A stretch of 64,000 bases of DNA from contig CM074512.1 of assembly GCA_037379345.1 (NCBI GenBank), positions 40,548,001-40,612,000 of the forward strand, in the 5' to 3' direction. Each line of letters starts with the position of its first letter. Within the stretch, counting starts at the first letter, position 1. Source of the DNA: Perna viridis (Eukaryota). Made by a program: the position numbers and the translations under genes. This document shows, in pieces, positions 40,243-52,890 of the stretch. The notes below the pieces were generated by a model. It was given only the letters and a program-made list of their open reading frames with translations, was not told the DNA's origin and did not search any database.

Positions 40243-41117
40243 AGTGTGAGAGGTACTGATATTCATAAACTGGAAGTCATTAATGCATTACAAAGCTGAC
40301 AGTGTGAGAGGTACTGATATTTATAAACTGGAAGTCATTAATAGACTACAACGATGATAGTGTGAGAGGTTCCAATATTTATAAACTGGAAGTCATTAAT
40401 ACATTACAAAGCTGACAGTGTGAGAGGTACTGATATTCATAAACTGGAAGTAATTAATACATTACAAAGCTGACAGTGTGAGAGGTACTGATATTCATAA
40501 ACTGGAAGTAATTAATACATTACAAAGCTGACAGTGTGAGAGGTACTGATATTTATAAACTGGAAGTCATTAATAGACTACAACGATGACAGTGTGAGAG
40601 GTTCCAATATTTATAAACTGGAAGTCATTAATACATTACAAAGCTGACAGTGTGAGAGGTACTGATATTCATAAACTGGAAGTAATTAATACATTACAAA
40701 GCTGACAGTGTGAGAGGTACTGATATTCATAAACTGGAAGTAATTAATACATTACAAAGCTGACAGTGTGAGAGGTACTGATATTTATAAACTGGAAGTC
40801 ATTAATAGACTACAACGATGACAGTGTGAGAGGTTCCAATATTTATAAACTGGAAGTCATTAATACATTACAAAGCTGACAGTGTGAGAGGTACTGATAT
40901 TTATAAACTGGAAGTAATTAATACATTACAAAGCTGACAGTGTGAGAGGTACTGATATTTATAAACTGGAAGTCATTAATAGACTACAATGATGACAGTG
41001 TGAGAGGTTCCAATATTTATAAACTGGAAGTAATTAATACATTACAAAGTTGACAGTGTGAGAGGTACTGATATTCATAAACTGGAAGTCATTAATATAC
41101 TACAAAGCTGACAGTGT
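40243..41117. repeat. Intronic minisatellite, 58-bp unit, ~15 copies
   Basis: agtgtgagaggtactgatattcataaactggaagtcattaatacattacaaagctgac repeated with period 58. Confidence 0.97.
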
Positions 41118-41151
41118 TAACTCAGAATAGTCTTTTGCAACAAAGTCTTAC

Positions 41152-41223
41152 TTTTTATTGGCATTCTCCAGTAGCTTCTCCTTCTCCTTTTCATTCAGCT
41201 GTACATTTTTATCTCTAAGTAAT
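41152..41223 (-). CDS. EF-hand/CaaX gene exon (coiled coil)
   Basis: 72 nt, phase 2/2; LLRDKNVQLNEKEKEKLLENANK. Confidence 0.85.
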
Positions 41224-42099
41224 CTGCAACACAATAAAATTTATGTAACCAACTAAAAATTATCAATATAATGAAACATAAATCATAGTAAGGACAACAC
41301 AATCTCCATAAAAAAATGACAACTGTAATACTGATCTTTGGCCTACAGTATTGAAACATCTTGATTCAAAACATTTATTAGGAATACTTCTAAGCATATG
41401 CTAAGTTTGATCAATATTCCTTGAAGGCTTTTGGTTTTAGTATGTTTAAAAGGATGTTACAGACAGGCTTACAAAAGTTTTGATTGAGGAATGGATAGTA
41501 GGTTTTAGATAAGTGGATAATATTCTTCTTAAGTACCAGTCAGTATAAAATTCAGACTGCCAATGGCAAAGTGATTCATGGTGAAGAAAAACCCACCTAA
41601 CAAACCATGCTTTTTCAGTCTACATATGCTGTACTTTCACATAACAAAAATCTTTTCTGCATTCAGATCTGCACTTTTTACAAAATTATGCATTCATCTC
41701 CCTTTAAAATCAACCAAGTCAAGCCAAATCACGAACGACAACTCTTGTAAAGCGCTAATTCCATGTACAATCTATATAAATTTTATCTCAAAGGCTCAAC
41801 CCCAAATGAAAAACTAAGACTGGTTATCTGATCTAGAACAGTTTCTGAACAAGAAATAAAACTGAGATCCATGGGTTCTTGACATGCATAAATCACCTCC
41901 TGTCTTATTTTTATAAAGACTGGTACTTCAAAAGTCATATTCATGAACCAGTTGTCTTACAACCCTCAAAATACGTATCAAGATTTTGCGTAATAGAATT
42001 GAACTTTTTCAAATAAAGCAATGATACTTTCAAGATGGAATTACCTTCAGAATAAATTTTACAAACCCTGGAATCTAAAAGGTTGATGTGACAACTTAC

Positions 42100-42238
42100 T
42101 CAGTAATTTTACTATTTTTCTCCTCAACCATTTTCTCCATCAGTGTGACTTTCCCCTGTAACTTGGCAAACTCTAACTTTCTATCTGCATTCTCTCTCTT
42201 CTCATCTAGCAGCTGCTGATAAAGGTCTGTTGTTTTGG
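42100..42238 (-). CDS. EF-hand/CaaX gene exon (coiled coil)
   Basis: 139 nt, phase 1 to 2; KTTDLYQQLLDEKRENADRKLEFAKLQGKVTLMEKMVEEKNSKIT; gtaagt donor. Confidence 0.85.
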
Positions 42239-43692
42239 CTTTAGAATACAAATTAAGTAAAATAACAAAATAAATACATGAAAAAAAGTAAAAAGCATAT
42301 CTCTAAGTATGGTAGCATTTTGAGACACAGAAATCCTAACATAAGAATACAGATATTTCTATTTTCACATGATATTTACATACACAAGAATGTAATTTGA
42401 CAGCCATCTTTTGTAGTTAAGTAGCACTCCACATGCAAATTGTGATTCATGGTTGGGGAGCGTACATATTTTCATTTTTGATATTTTGTTTAAAATGTTA
42501 TAGTAAACAGAAATTAACATGAGACTTTTCATATAACCTTTGTTCTTAGAGGATAAAAATTATATAGAATGTACTGTAAAATTCAAAACTAAGGGAGATA
42601 ACTCTGTAAAGTGACACTAAAATACAATAGAAACTATAGGATTTTCCATGTGGATTATCCCCTAAGAGCAGACAGATCAGAATGAATGAATAACTATACA
42701 TTTCATCATATAGATCTATAAAACAACTTTATAACAAAAATAAAGATATGTAGCCTTTTTTTTTAGGTGTATCACATTCTACAGAATTTGCATGATTCTT
42801 ACATAGACTACTACTTTAATAATAGTTCTAGAAGCTTTAATGTTGGAATTACAAAAGGGTATATATAATTTCCTTCAATCACTAAAATGCCAGTAAAAGT
42901 TAATTTCTTGGTTTCAGGACATTTTTTTTTTATGAAAATCAATATTAATTGCCCTCTAAAATTTTTGTACTAACCCTTAATATGCAGAAACTTTATACAT
43001 ACAGTCTTGGGCTGTTTTCTGATTTTTGGGTTCTGGCAATTTTATTTTTAATTTTGGAAACCATAATTTGATTTCATATGCAAGGAGAGTGAATGTGCTT
43101 TGAAATGAGGCTATTTTATACAGAGTTTGATAAAAAATAAAGACTTGACAGCTGAATGAGAGGTCATGAGTTAAGAAGGCCACAAAAAGTTGTGATTTTT
43201 TTAGGGATAGGGCTCAGTTCTCAGTCTGTTGCAACAACAGCATGGATGCATAATGCTTCATTTCACCTGATTTCTATAGAATAATGATGTCTCTCACCAT
43301 ATACTAACCACTTCTGGTTTTCGGCCAATCTGATGCCAAAAATTGCGAAAAAAGCCTATTTTTTTCTCAAGAATAACTCCTCTGGAGTCCCCTGACCTTC
43401 CACTTACAACTGTTATGAACAATTCTTGGCTTAAATTACCATCAGAGGGAACAAGCTTTGGAAAATTGAACTTCGTACCCCTGGTGAGCACCACATCCAG
43501 TGAAAAATGAAAAAAAAAATGCCAAAAATGACCATTTTCAGACAACAGACCCATTTTCTCACACATGTGCACCCACCCACTTGGTTTACTAACTGAAAAT
43601 ATGTCAAAAATAAATGTTTTTAATGTTGTTTTACAAACCTGTTCCACTTTTTTTTTCACCAAATTTTAAAATTTTCAGTAACTGATACTCAC

Positions 43693-43744
43693 TTCTCATT
43701 TCTTCCAATTTGTGGTCCAACTGCTGCATATCATGGTGTTTCTC
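43693..43744 (-). CDS. EF-hand/CaaX gene exon (coiled coil)
   Basis: ttacag / gtgagt; 52 nt, phase 0 to 1; EKHHDMQQLDHKLEEMR. Confidence 0.85.
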
Positions 43745-43918
43745 CTGTAAAGCACAAATTTTAATTCAATAATAACCTGCTATATCCTGCAATGCTTCAG
43801 GGCAAGTGTTCTAGAATTCATGTTCCTGTTATTAGAAAGTAAATTTTCATGACTTAACCTTGGACAGGCTGAAAATTCTTAAGTTCTAAAAAACGTCAAA
43901 AGCAACTTTTTAATTTAC

Positions 43919-44086
43919 CTGAACTTTTTCCAGAATGCCTTCTCTACATTTGCAAAGAATTGACAGCAAGTCCATGATCAGTTTGGCTGGATTGTTCATT
44001 TCATCATCTGAGAAATTACCATCACAGTAGCCATAGTATTCCTCATATAGATACATATTCCTGATTTCCTTCCAGTGCATTTGATC
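43919..44086 (-). CDS. EF-hand/CaaX gene exon
   Basis: 168 nt, phase 0/0; DQMHWKEIRNMYLYEEYYGYCDGNFSDDEMNNPAKLIMDLLSILCKCREGILEKVQ. Confidence 0.8.
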
Positions 44087-44447
44087 CTGTTGGTAGTAAG
44101 TAAGATATCTAACTTGTGGGTTCATGTTGGAAGAAAACAAAGTTCTCCAATGTGCAAAATCAGAAATATCCATAACCCTAAAACCTTGTGTCTCACAGTG
44201 TTTGACCTTGGGAGAAAGTCTACTGTTTTGATTAAAAGCAAATATATTTCACATAAGAGTCTATCAAATATTCAAAGTGATAGGAGATTTTTTACTTGAA
44301 GACTTATTAACAACAAAACATTTTCTCTAAGAATATAATTTATATAAAAATACTTCTGTAATTTGTCATCACTTTTTCAACTGTTATCTTAACAAGAGAT
44401 AGCTGCCTTGACCACAAGGTTTCTTTTACTTAAAAAATGTACTTTAC

Positions 44448-44612
44448 CACATTATGTAACCGCTGCATGACATCTTGTGTATTGAAATAGGCACCATATT
44501 CAAAATCCTTCTCTAATATATCATGAAATATATCCAACAGCTGTTTGATAGCATCCTGTATTTTCCTGATATTTGCTTGTTTGAATATCAGCATGTTCAG
44601 TCGGCTTAGTCT
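44448..44612 (-). CDS. EF-hand/CaaX gene exon
   Basis: 165 nt, phase 0/0; RLSRLNMLIFKQANIRKIQDAIKQLLDIFHDILEKDFEYGAYFNTQDVMQRLHNV. Confidence 0.8.
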
Positions 44613-44715
44613 CTGAAAAGTAAATTGTTTCTATCAAATATAGATTTCACACAGATTTATTGTACCAAATAAATGCATTTGGAGTTGATTTTTCTGATCT
44701 CAAACTGCTCTTCAA

Positions 44716-44821
44716 CCCCCATTACAGAGAAATTGTATGGACCTGTGGAAGACCTACAGAAGACGGCCAGATTTGTTGAGAAGACTGGCATTCAACTGTA
44801 ATGGCGAACAACAAGAAGAAG
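44716..44821 (+). mobile_element. Severely 5'-truncated LINE 3' end
   Basis: Encodes PITEKLYGPVEDLQKTARFVEKTGIQL*, resembling non-LTR ORF2 C-termini; (AAG)n tail; 14-bp imperfect target duplication aaactgctcttcaa / aaaatgttcttcaa. Confidence 0.65.
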
Positions 44822-45652
44822 AAAATGTTCTTCAAGAAACACAATGGGAGGAGGGCTTTTTTACCTAACAACAGCCCAAAAAAAGTGATGAAGGTAATCT
44901 TTACATTGTTCATAGCCAAAAAAGAAAATGAGGGCAACACATTATAAAAATGACAGTAAAAATAGGTAATGAGACACATTAAAAAGAGAATAGTGGACCT
45001 GGGAAGCAAGAACTTAGTTTTTGGTTGACCTAATAAGTATGAAGTTGTAAAGCTAGCTTATTTATAAATACACAGAAATCAATGAAAAAAATCAAGTTAT
45101 CTTTCTCTTCCAAATGTTTACATCAACTTAACTAAGCCTGTAACAACTTCACTTACAAAAAAGTTCCAGCCTCCTTTCAACTTTTCATCTGAGAAGACTT
45201 TGTTATACTTGTATTTAAGTGCAGATCATTTGTATTTCAGAAAGAGGGTTTATTCTTTAAAAAAGTGTTTTGGTCTTGCTTTCTGTCAACAAAAACATGA
45301 AGTTGCACATGTCGTCATGCTAGGCATTCCCCCACTCATACAGGAAGTTGATATTGAAAAGTACACCAAATAACATATGCCCTACCTATATGAAGCCACA
45401 CACTAAATTTGAAATTAATTCATCCAGAATAATGGACTGACAAGGTGATTCCAATATACCATCCACTCATTCAGTGGAGGTTTAATATACTGGTTCACAT
45501 TTAACCCATCAGAAAAAAATCAAAATAAATTTTTGGAAAAACATTATGGAAGCTTACAAAAAAGATTCACTTTGGAAAGCTCAGCCCCATCCCCCAAATA
45601 TATCAAAAGGATCATGCCTTATGTATAAATTTCAGTGTACACTAATACTTAC

Positions 45653-45667
45653 ATCTGTACTGGTCAT
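45653..45667 (-). CDS. EF-hand/CaaX gene, first coding segment (MTSTD) of exon 45653-45709
   Basis: cttcag acceptor at 45711-45710; in-frame TGA before the ATG; gtaagt donor; phase 0 matches the next exon. Confidence 0.65.
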
Positions 45668-48469
45668 ATTGTTTGTATTTCTGATGTGGTATCACCTCAA
45701 GTGTCCTTTCTGAAGCAAGAAAAAATGCAAAAATGAACAAATTTAAGGTAGTGATAATGATGGTTTTTTTTCAAAACTACCCCATCCTCTTCTAATTTGG
45801 AAAATATGTAAATTTTACAAATTGAAAAATTTGGGATATCAGTAAAACACCTTAAATTTGTAGTTAAATTCATTAATATTATAGAAGATTACAAGAAAAA
45901 CACAAGTCATAAACAATTCATCAGTGTATTACTGAACTGAAATACCATATTCAGCACTTCAACTACCAATTGAGAATGTCTTATTCAGAATATTTTTTTT
46001 GCCATTTTTTGTACAAGTTGGGAAACTTTCATCAGGGGAAACAACCTAATTTCGGAGGTAGTTTAAGGCAAACAGTATCACTGAAAGGTTATCATTGATC
46101 ATAAGATAATATTGCCACAGTAGATAGTACTGTCACGCTATGATTTTATTTACAGAAGATCCTGCTATTTTGTGTTAGTCCTGCTCTATTTTAAGAGGCT
46201 AGGTGAAAATTTTAATAGTACATGTACAAATATTTACTTTAGGAATGATTATTGTTTTATTAAATGTCCCATTTCATTTTTGTATCAGGCGTTGATTTCA
46301 CAAAAAGTGTAAAGTTGATCGTAAGTAATGACTCATAACAGAAAAAAAGCATTGTTACGTCATAACTTACAATCAATTTTACACTTACGACATTTTGTGA
46401 AACTGAGGCCTGTCCTTTAGATTGACTAAATGTATTTAATGTCTTTCCTAACAAATACAGCTTAGGCACTTTTTGTCCTTATGCAATTCATAAGACAGAT
46501 ACATTGTGCATCTGTCTTTTTAAGTGCAACAACTTTTTATAAACATGTTTTAATTTTGTATACAATGGTCCTGGATCTTCAACCCTTTTGATTGACTCTT
46601 AAATTTAGACTTTTGCTTTTCTTACAGTGGACCATTGATTTGAAACTTGTAAAAATTCAGGACCTTCTCCTCATGAATGTAAATTTGAACCACTAGACAA
46701 ACTCAACAAAACATCTTTATATGACTTCAGTCACTTGAATGTAAAAGAAATGTAATTCTATTGATGTAAATACAGGTGTTGGGACATTTAGCTGAACACT
46801 GAACTTTTCCTTTGTGAATTCAAATTATTTAGAAAATATTAGTTTAAATAATTTACAAATCACATTTTCTGGCAATTCGATTAAAGAGAAGTAAAATTTA
46901 AAGATAAAGATTTTAAAAAGAATTTTCCTATTATTTTAAATTAATCCAAATATTTATGTATCAATTACCACAGAAGAGTTACAACTTATCAATAAAAATT
47001 TGGTCAGTCAAAAGAGTATATGCCATTTATAACAAGCAATGCCAAAATACATTTTAATTTGGAACTGACCTTAAAATTAAATTTAAAATGACATTAACAT
47101 ACCATAAGTAGGTTATAATTTCACAGTTCAAGGATAAATATAAAATTAAGAAGATATAAAACACATGCTATCTACTTCTTCACTATGACTTAATACAAAA
47201 ACACTTTAGCCATTAATAAGATAAATAAAATAATTTCTAATTTTAAAGTAAAATGAGAGATTTATCCATACATGAAACAGTAAACTAAACAACCCCAGAA
47301 AGTATTTTGTCATCACCTTATGTCCCAAATATACCTTTAAAGTGGAATAAAATCAGTCATAGTACCTTACAAATATATTTAATAATTGAGAGTAAAATTT
47401 CCTACATAAGCGACAATTGGTGATTCATTAAAAAAAAACACAACAAATTTAAATCTATATCAATAGGGCTGAGCATTTTATTCTAGATGGAGGGGCAAAT
47501 TTTATTTGGGTTAAAGTTTTCAGGCCAGAAATTTATTCAGAACTCCATCAGAGCAAGATTATTTATTTTCATTTGACTGTATGAAGTATCTGGTCTGAGG
47601 TAAAAAATTCATTTTTTTACTAGGCGATGTAGGCCAGAATATTTTTTTTCCAAAAACTGCCAGGCCCCTCCCCCATACACCCCCCCTCAGAATCAAATGG
47701 TTGTCCCCTATTTTGAAGACAATGAACATGTTTCTGTTGTAAGAGAAATCTAAAGTTCCTGTTTAGTTATAGGAAATCAAAAAGAAACCTTAAAATGAAA
47801 TTCAACAATATAAATTTTGGCCTAAGTATTTCTGTTGGGACTAGAAACAGATGTACTCATACCTTTAAATATATGGACAATCAATTCAGGTAAAGTTGAA
47901 AGGTGGAAAAGTCATTTTCAATAAGTATCAGTTAACGGTCATTCTCCTTAGGTATCAATTGAAAATAGGGTGAAATTTTATTGCCAGTTAATGGTATTTA
48001 CATTGTTGATGATCATTTAACAACCAGAAAATCTCCAAATAATTGTCTTCTATATAAATTTGTTTTACTTGACATATCCCAATCATGACAAGGCATTCAT
48101 TTCAAAAGTAAATAAGTGGAAACAATCAAATAAAAAAAAATACCAAAATTATGTTTTACTAAATCTAACTTAAGTTTTATACATATAATGCTTGTTGGCC
48201 TTCCATTGTTGTTGTTACCTGCAATTGTCATTTTCAGGACAAGTTTAATGTGATCAATTAAAAATAAATCAAAGACTGAAGTCTTCAAAGTCATTAATCA
48301 TCAAATATTCACTGTCATCGATTTTGGCTTACTTTCAACATCCAAAATGGTATGAATGCAATATGCTCTAAAATCTTCTGCTAAAATCTTGGTTCCCTTG
48401 ATATGATTGCGTACTCTTTGGTAACTGAGATGACCCCAATGTTTTTCAATCATCCAGAACAAGATCAAA

Positions 48470-49081
48470 CAACTGGCAATATTTATTATAATAAATTATA
48501 TCAATTGTAACAAACACTTGTGTTTTAGTCGGAAACTGTGTAATATTACATAAATTCAATGCTAACCGATCATTTCATTTTTTAATGTAAACTTCCCATT
48601 CTAATACAAGCAAAAATAAAAAGCATAGACATGTGTATGATATGTTTTAAAAGAGGATAGATGTAGCGATCTTTGGGTCGCTTATGATATTGACCAGGGA
48701 ATCAGTTTAGGAACCAAATTGAGCAACTGGCAATGTATATTCATAAAAATCTGGGCGTGCTAATGTATATGACCTAGAAAGTCTTGTAACGAGCCCCAGT
48801 GCCTGAATCGGAAACTAGGTAATGTTCAAAGCTAACCGATCATTTCATGTAAAGTTCCCATTCTTGTATAAGCAAGAAACATGCATAGAACACACATGTA
48901 TGATACCTAAGAGGTATATTTTTATCTCGTATAAAGCTAGTACTCTGACACTATGGCGGTAAACACAGATAGGATTTGCAGGATTATGTAGCGTATAACT
49001 ACATGTTTATGCAAATTATATGCAAATATCAAGTACTGAAATTAAGAGTGCAAGAAGTCACTAACAATAATAGCGACTTAA
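48470..49081 (+). repeat. Dispersed repeat family C, copy 2, with internal ~255-bp duplication
   Basis: caactggcaat...gctaaccgatcatttcat...ttcccattct...tgtatgata occurs twice (48470-48640, 48724-48905); the 3' part matches 10815-11006. Confidence 0.7.
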
Positions 49082-50989
49082 CAATACAGTCACAGTTCTG
49101 GCATAATATCAAGTTGTGATATTGAAGTAGTTGCCTTGAAAAATGTAACAAAATACTGGGTAATTGTGAACAGATGGACAGACACCATGCTCACTATATA
49201 CCTCCTTCACAGCATGGGTAAAATATAAATAAATAAGACTACAAACATTGATTACTTTCCCATTAAACCTTACTTACTTGTAAAACATGAAATAAAAGAG
49301 AGAAATGAGTCAAAGAGACGATAACCCTACCAAAACATAAGAACAAAAGCTAAAAGCATTCTAAGCCTTCAATTAACATTGAGAAATTTCCCACACCCAG
49401 AGACTGGCTCCTGAAACAAAACACACGAATTTGTAAATTGGTTCAGAAATCGCAACACAGGATCTCTAAATTCCATCCTGATTCCTAACTATTACACACA
49501 TGCATACATGTATGTACTACCTAAGTTAGAAATTAATTATACTAAAATTTAAGATAAGCTCTTAACAAGGTTCATGGCCAGAATCTGACGCTGCAAACCA
49601 ATTCTGTACATATATGCATAACAATCACACCATCATTAATACAATAATTTTATTAAGACCCTCATTTTAACAGCTTATAATTTATAAGATTTTTTGCTAA
49701 TCCTAATCTCCAAAGCACTTCAAATCAAATGATTTATAATACCATTTTATTAGTATGGAAACATTTATACCATGCAAAGGATCTCATTCATGACTGTTTA
49801 ACCTTTGGGTTTTATTTAGTAAGATCCCACTTGAACTTGTGAATATTCACCCACTAATCTTTTTTTAGAAATAATAACATTTAATGTCAAGGTGTATAAA
49901 AAGAAAGTATAAATGATTCCCTCTTTACATTTATCTATAACATTAACTTTAATTACAATTATAGAAAATCTAGCAGACAGATGTGACTTTCATATACTTT
50001 ACATACAGTCAGAAGATCAGATATTCTCCACCATCTACCTTACATACACATTAACAAACATTAATAAAATACACCATTACAGAAGAAGATTATTTCATTC
50101 TTGGGTATTCATTTTCATTTTTCAAAATTGGGTTATTGAAGGTAAGATTTCTAGGATTTCAAAATAAAATTTACCTTTGTATAGGGGTCTTGAGAAAAAA
50201 ACATAAGCCAAGTACTCATATTACAAAAAAGTTTAAGACATATCTTTTTTTTTCTTTAAATGCTTCTAGTCAAGTTGTACTTGATTTAAATCAAATTTTA
50301 ACTACATGATTTAACTTTAAATCATTATCTTTCAAGAAACTTTTGTAGAACCTGTAAAATGTGTTGCTATGGGGGAAGGTCAAACAAGGCAACTAGTGAT
50401 AAAAAGGAACAGGGTTCCATGTTGATAATTGCTACAAACAATTTCTTCAAATAATTTTTTCACAGAAATATATCCAATTCTGTCAAAGTCCACAAATTAT
50501 TGTGCACAATAGAGTCCTAACTAGGTTAATTAATTAATATAGCACACTGATACCAATCCATAAATAAGGGCCTTGCGGTCAACAGATTCTGAGATAAAAT
50601 GTGATGGAAACTTTGTTACTGGTAAACAACTGAATTTCAGAATTAACACGCTTTCTGAGTGGATGAAAAATTGCGTCCATCATCTCATAGACCAAATTTT
50701 GTATATGACTGTGACGGGAAAATAATGCTGGGAAACCAAAAGGACAATACACAAAGAACAAATAACACAAAACAAAAAGAACTAAAAAGTACAAAGACAG
50801 ATAAAACTGAACAGCAGAAAGCATCCTTAATCCAGGAGTTGAACTGGAAGCACCAGTATATTGGATCACCACTAAATAATTTATATGGTCATAGAATTAG
50901 TGACCTACGAAAAATAATTCAAAGGCCCATAATGAAGAAACGCAGAAAAAAATCATCTGTAATCTAAAATATTTTATGACATCAACTCA

Positions 50990-51059
50990 GGCAGGAGAAG
51001 AGTTTTGAAAAATTGTTAATGACGATGGACGACGACGAATGCCAAGTGAGCTAAAAAAA
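50990..51059 (-). mobile_element. HINE 5'-end fragment
   Basis: aagagttttgaaaaattgttaa...gacgacgac...tgccaagtgagctaaaa matches 52666-52770. Confidence 0.65.
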
Positions 51060-51349
51060 CTTGAACTTTCAACATTCATAGTACATACACTTACATACAA
51101 AAAAATCCTCTCAATATCTGAAAGTGTATAGAAAAGTCTGGAAAAATGTTAGTGCCAGACAGACTAACAGACTGCAAACAAGGTTGCCTTCAGTGATGCC
51201 ATTAAGGGACTGAAGTAGACTAATAGAAATAGACTAATTGTAAGAAATATTCAGGTCTTATTACAAAAGGTTGCTATTAGAAAATTTAAAAAATAAGAAT
51301 TCTATTGCATTAATAAAATAAAAAAAGTACAGCGTTCAAATGTCCCTCA

Positions 51350-52890
51350 CGAAAAAAAAAAAATGTGGAAAACTTTAAATACACTGAAATTTTCTAAGTC
51401 CAAGAGCGTAACTTCCATAAAAATCAATCAACCGTAACCAAAGTTAAACTTCATCTGCAACTTCTCATAGTAAGACTACATACAAAATATAAAGTCCTTT
51501 GGTAAAAGCATTACAAAAAAAGTGTGGAAAACTTTAAATTCACTGGAATTATCCAAGTCCAAGGGCCATTACTACCATAAAAATCATTCAACCGCAACCA
51601 AAGTCAAACTTTATCTGTAACTTCTCATAATAAGACTACATACAAAATATAAAGTCAATTGGTATAAGCATTACAAAAAAAGTGCGGAAAACTAAATTCA
51701 CTGAAATTTTCTAAGTCCCAAGGGCCGTAACCTCCGTAAAATTCATTCAACCACAACCAAAGTCGAACTTAATCTGTAACTACTCATAGTAAGATAACAT
51801 ACAAAATACAATATCAATTGGTAAAAGCATTACAAAACAAGAGACTCCCAGGAGCCTGAATTGCTCACCTAGTTAAAGCTTGTCTTTCAAGAGCAATAAA
51901 TTTAACAAGGAGTTGTCCATCAATTTTGACTAAACAAGACTTTAGTAGGTTATCTTAAGATCATTTCAACGACTGAAAGTTTCATGCTATCTATCATAGT
52001 TTTCAAAATATTGGCTGAAAACTGTAAAAAAAAAAGTCATTTTTCATCCTTCAAGGGCAATAACTCATACAAGGAGTTGCCTGATAACTTTGATCCCTGA
52101 AGACTTTTGAAGGCCTTATAATAAGGGTCATTTCAGCTATTGAAATAATTATGCTAAACCTAACACTTTTGGAGATATAAACGAAAAACACACAGTCTGA
52201 CCCCTATGTTCTATTTTTAGTAATGGTGGCCATGTTCTTAGACAGATCAAAAATCCCCACAATAGTTCTATGCAAGATACCCCAAGGAACATTCATACCA
52301 AATTTGGTTCCAATTGGTCAAGTGGTGTCAGAGGAGATTTTTGAAAGAAATAACAATCAAAATAGCAAAAAAACGTCAAAAAAAAGGACAATAACTCCAA
52401 CATGGCTTAAGATATTAAAATGAAAATTTGATCACAGATAGATCTCATCATGCTGAACACTTTTACCTGTGTCAGAATTTGACTAAACCTAACGGTTATG
52501 GAGATATATGCGAAAAACTACTGTCTGACCCCTATGTTCTATTTTTAGTAACCGTGGCCATGTTTTTCCACAGATCAAAAATCCCCACAAAAGTTCTATG
52601 CAGGATAATCCAAAGAACATTCATACTAAGTTTGGTTCCAATTGGTCAAGTGATGTCAGAGGAAAAGAGTTTTGAAAAATTGTTAACGACAATGACGACG
52701 GATGACGACAACAAGGGATGCCAAGTGATGGCAATAGCTCACATGGCCTTCATCCAGGTGAGCTAAAAAAGTGCAGAAAACTGTAAATTCACTGAAATTC
52801 TCTAAGTCCAAGGGCCATAACTTCCGTAAAAATCATTCAAGCATAACCAAAGTCGAACTTAATCTGTAACTCTTCATAATAAGGCAACAT
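51350..52890. repeat. ~160-bp satellite-like tandem repeat (4 units, the last displaced by the HINE insertion)
   Basis: Units begin near 51362, 51521, 51681 and 52770 (gtg.ggaaaact...ctaagtccaagggcc.taact.cc). Confidence 0.8.
51836..52770 (-). mobile_element. HINE/Helentron-like element inserted in a ~160-bp tandem array
   Basis: Same subterminal repeats and hairpin as 26863-27669; (GAC)n-like tract; internal ~328-bp duplication; inserted in an A-run (TT on the minus strand). Confidence 0.75.

Larger units (their letters stand above)
31520..45667 (-). other. Gene model: uncharacterised coiled-coil, EF-hand pair and CaaX protein, 19 coding exons, 1713 nt CDS (~570 aa)
   Basis: All 19 exons have AG/GT boundaries with mutually consistent phases and no internal stops, from ATG 45667 to TGA 31522-31520. 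An in-frame stop lies upstream of the ATG in its exon. Confidence 0.85.

Noticed and set aside
44087-44177. N-terminal part of ORF 43910-44173 as coding
   Set aside because: The acceptor at 44179-44178 gives a stop in the required phase 0; the acceptor at 44088-44087 fits.
52223-52766. Two similar ORFs suggesting a duplicated gene
   Set aside because: They arise from the internal duplication of a non-coding HINE element.
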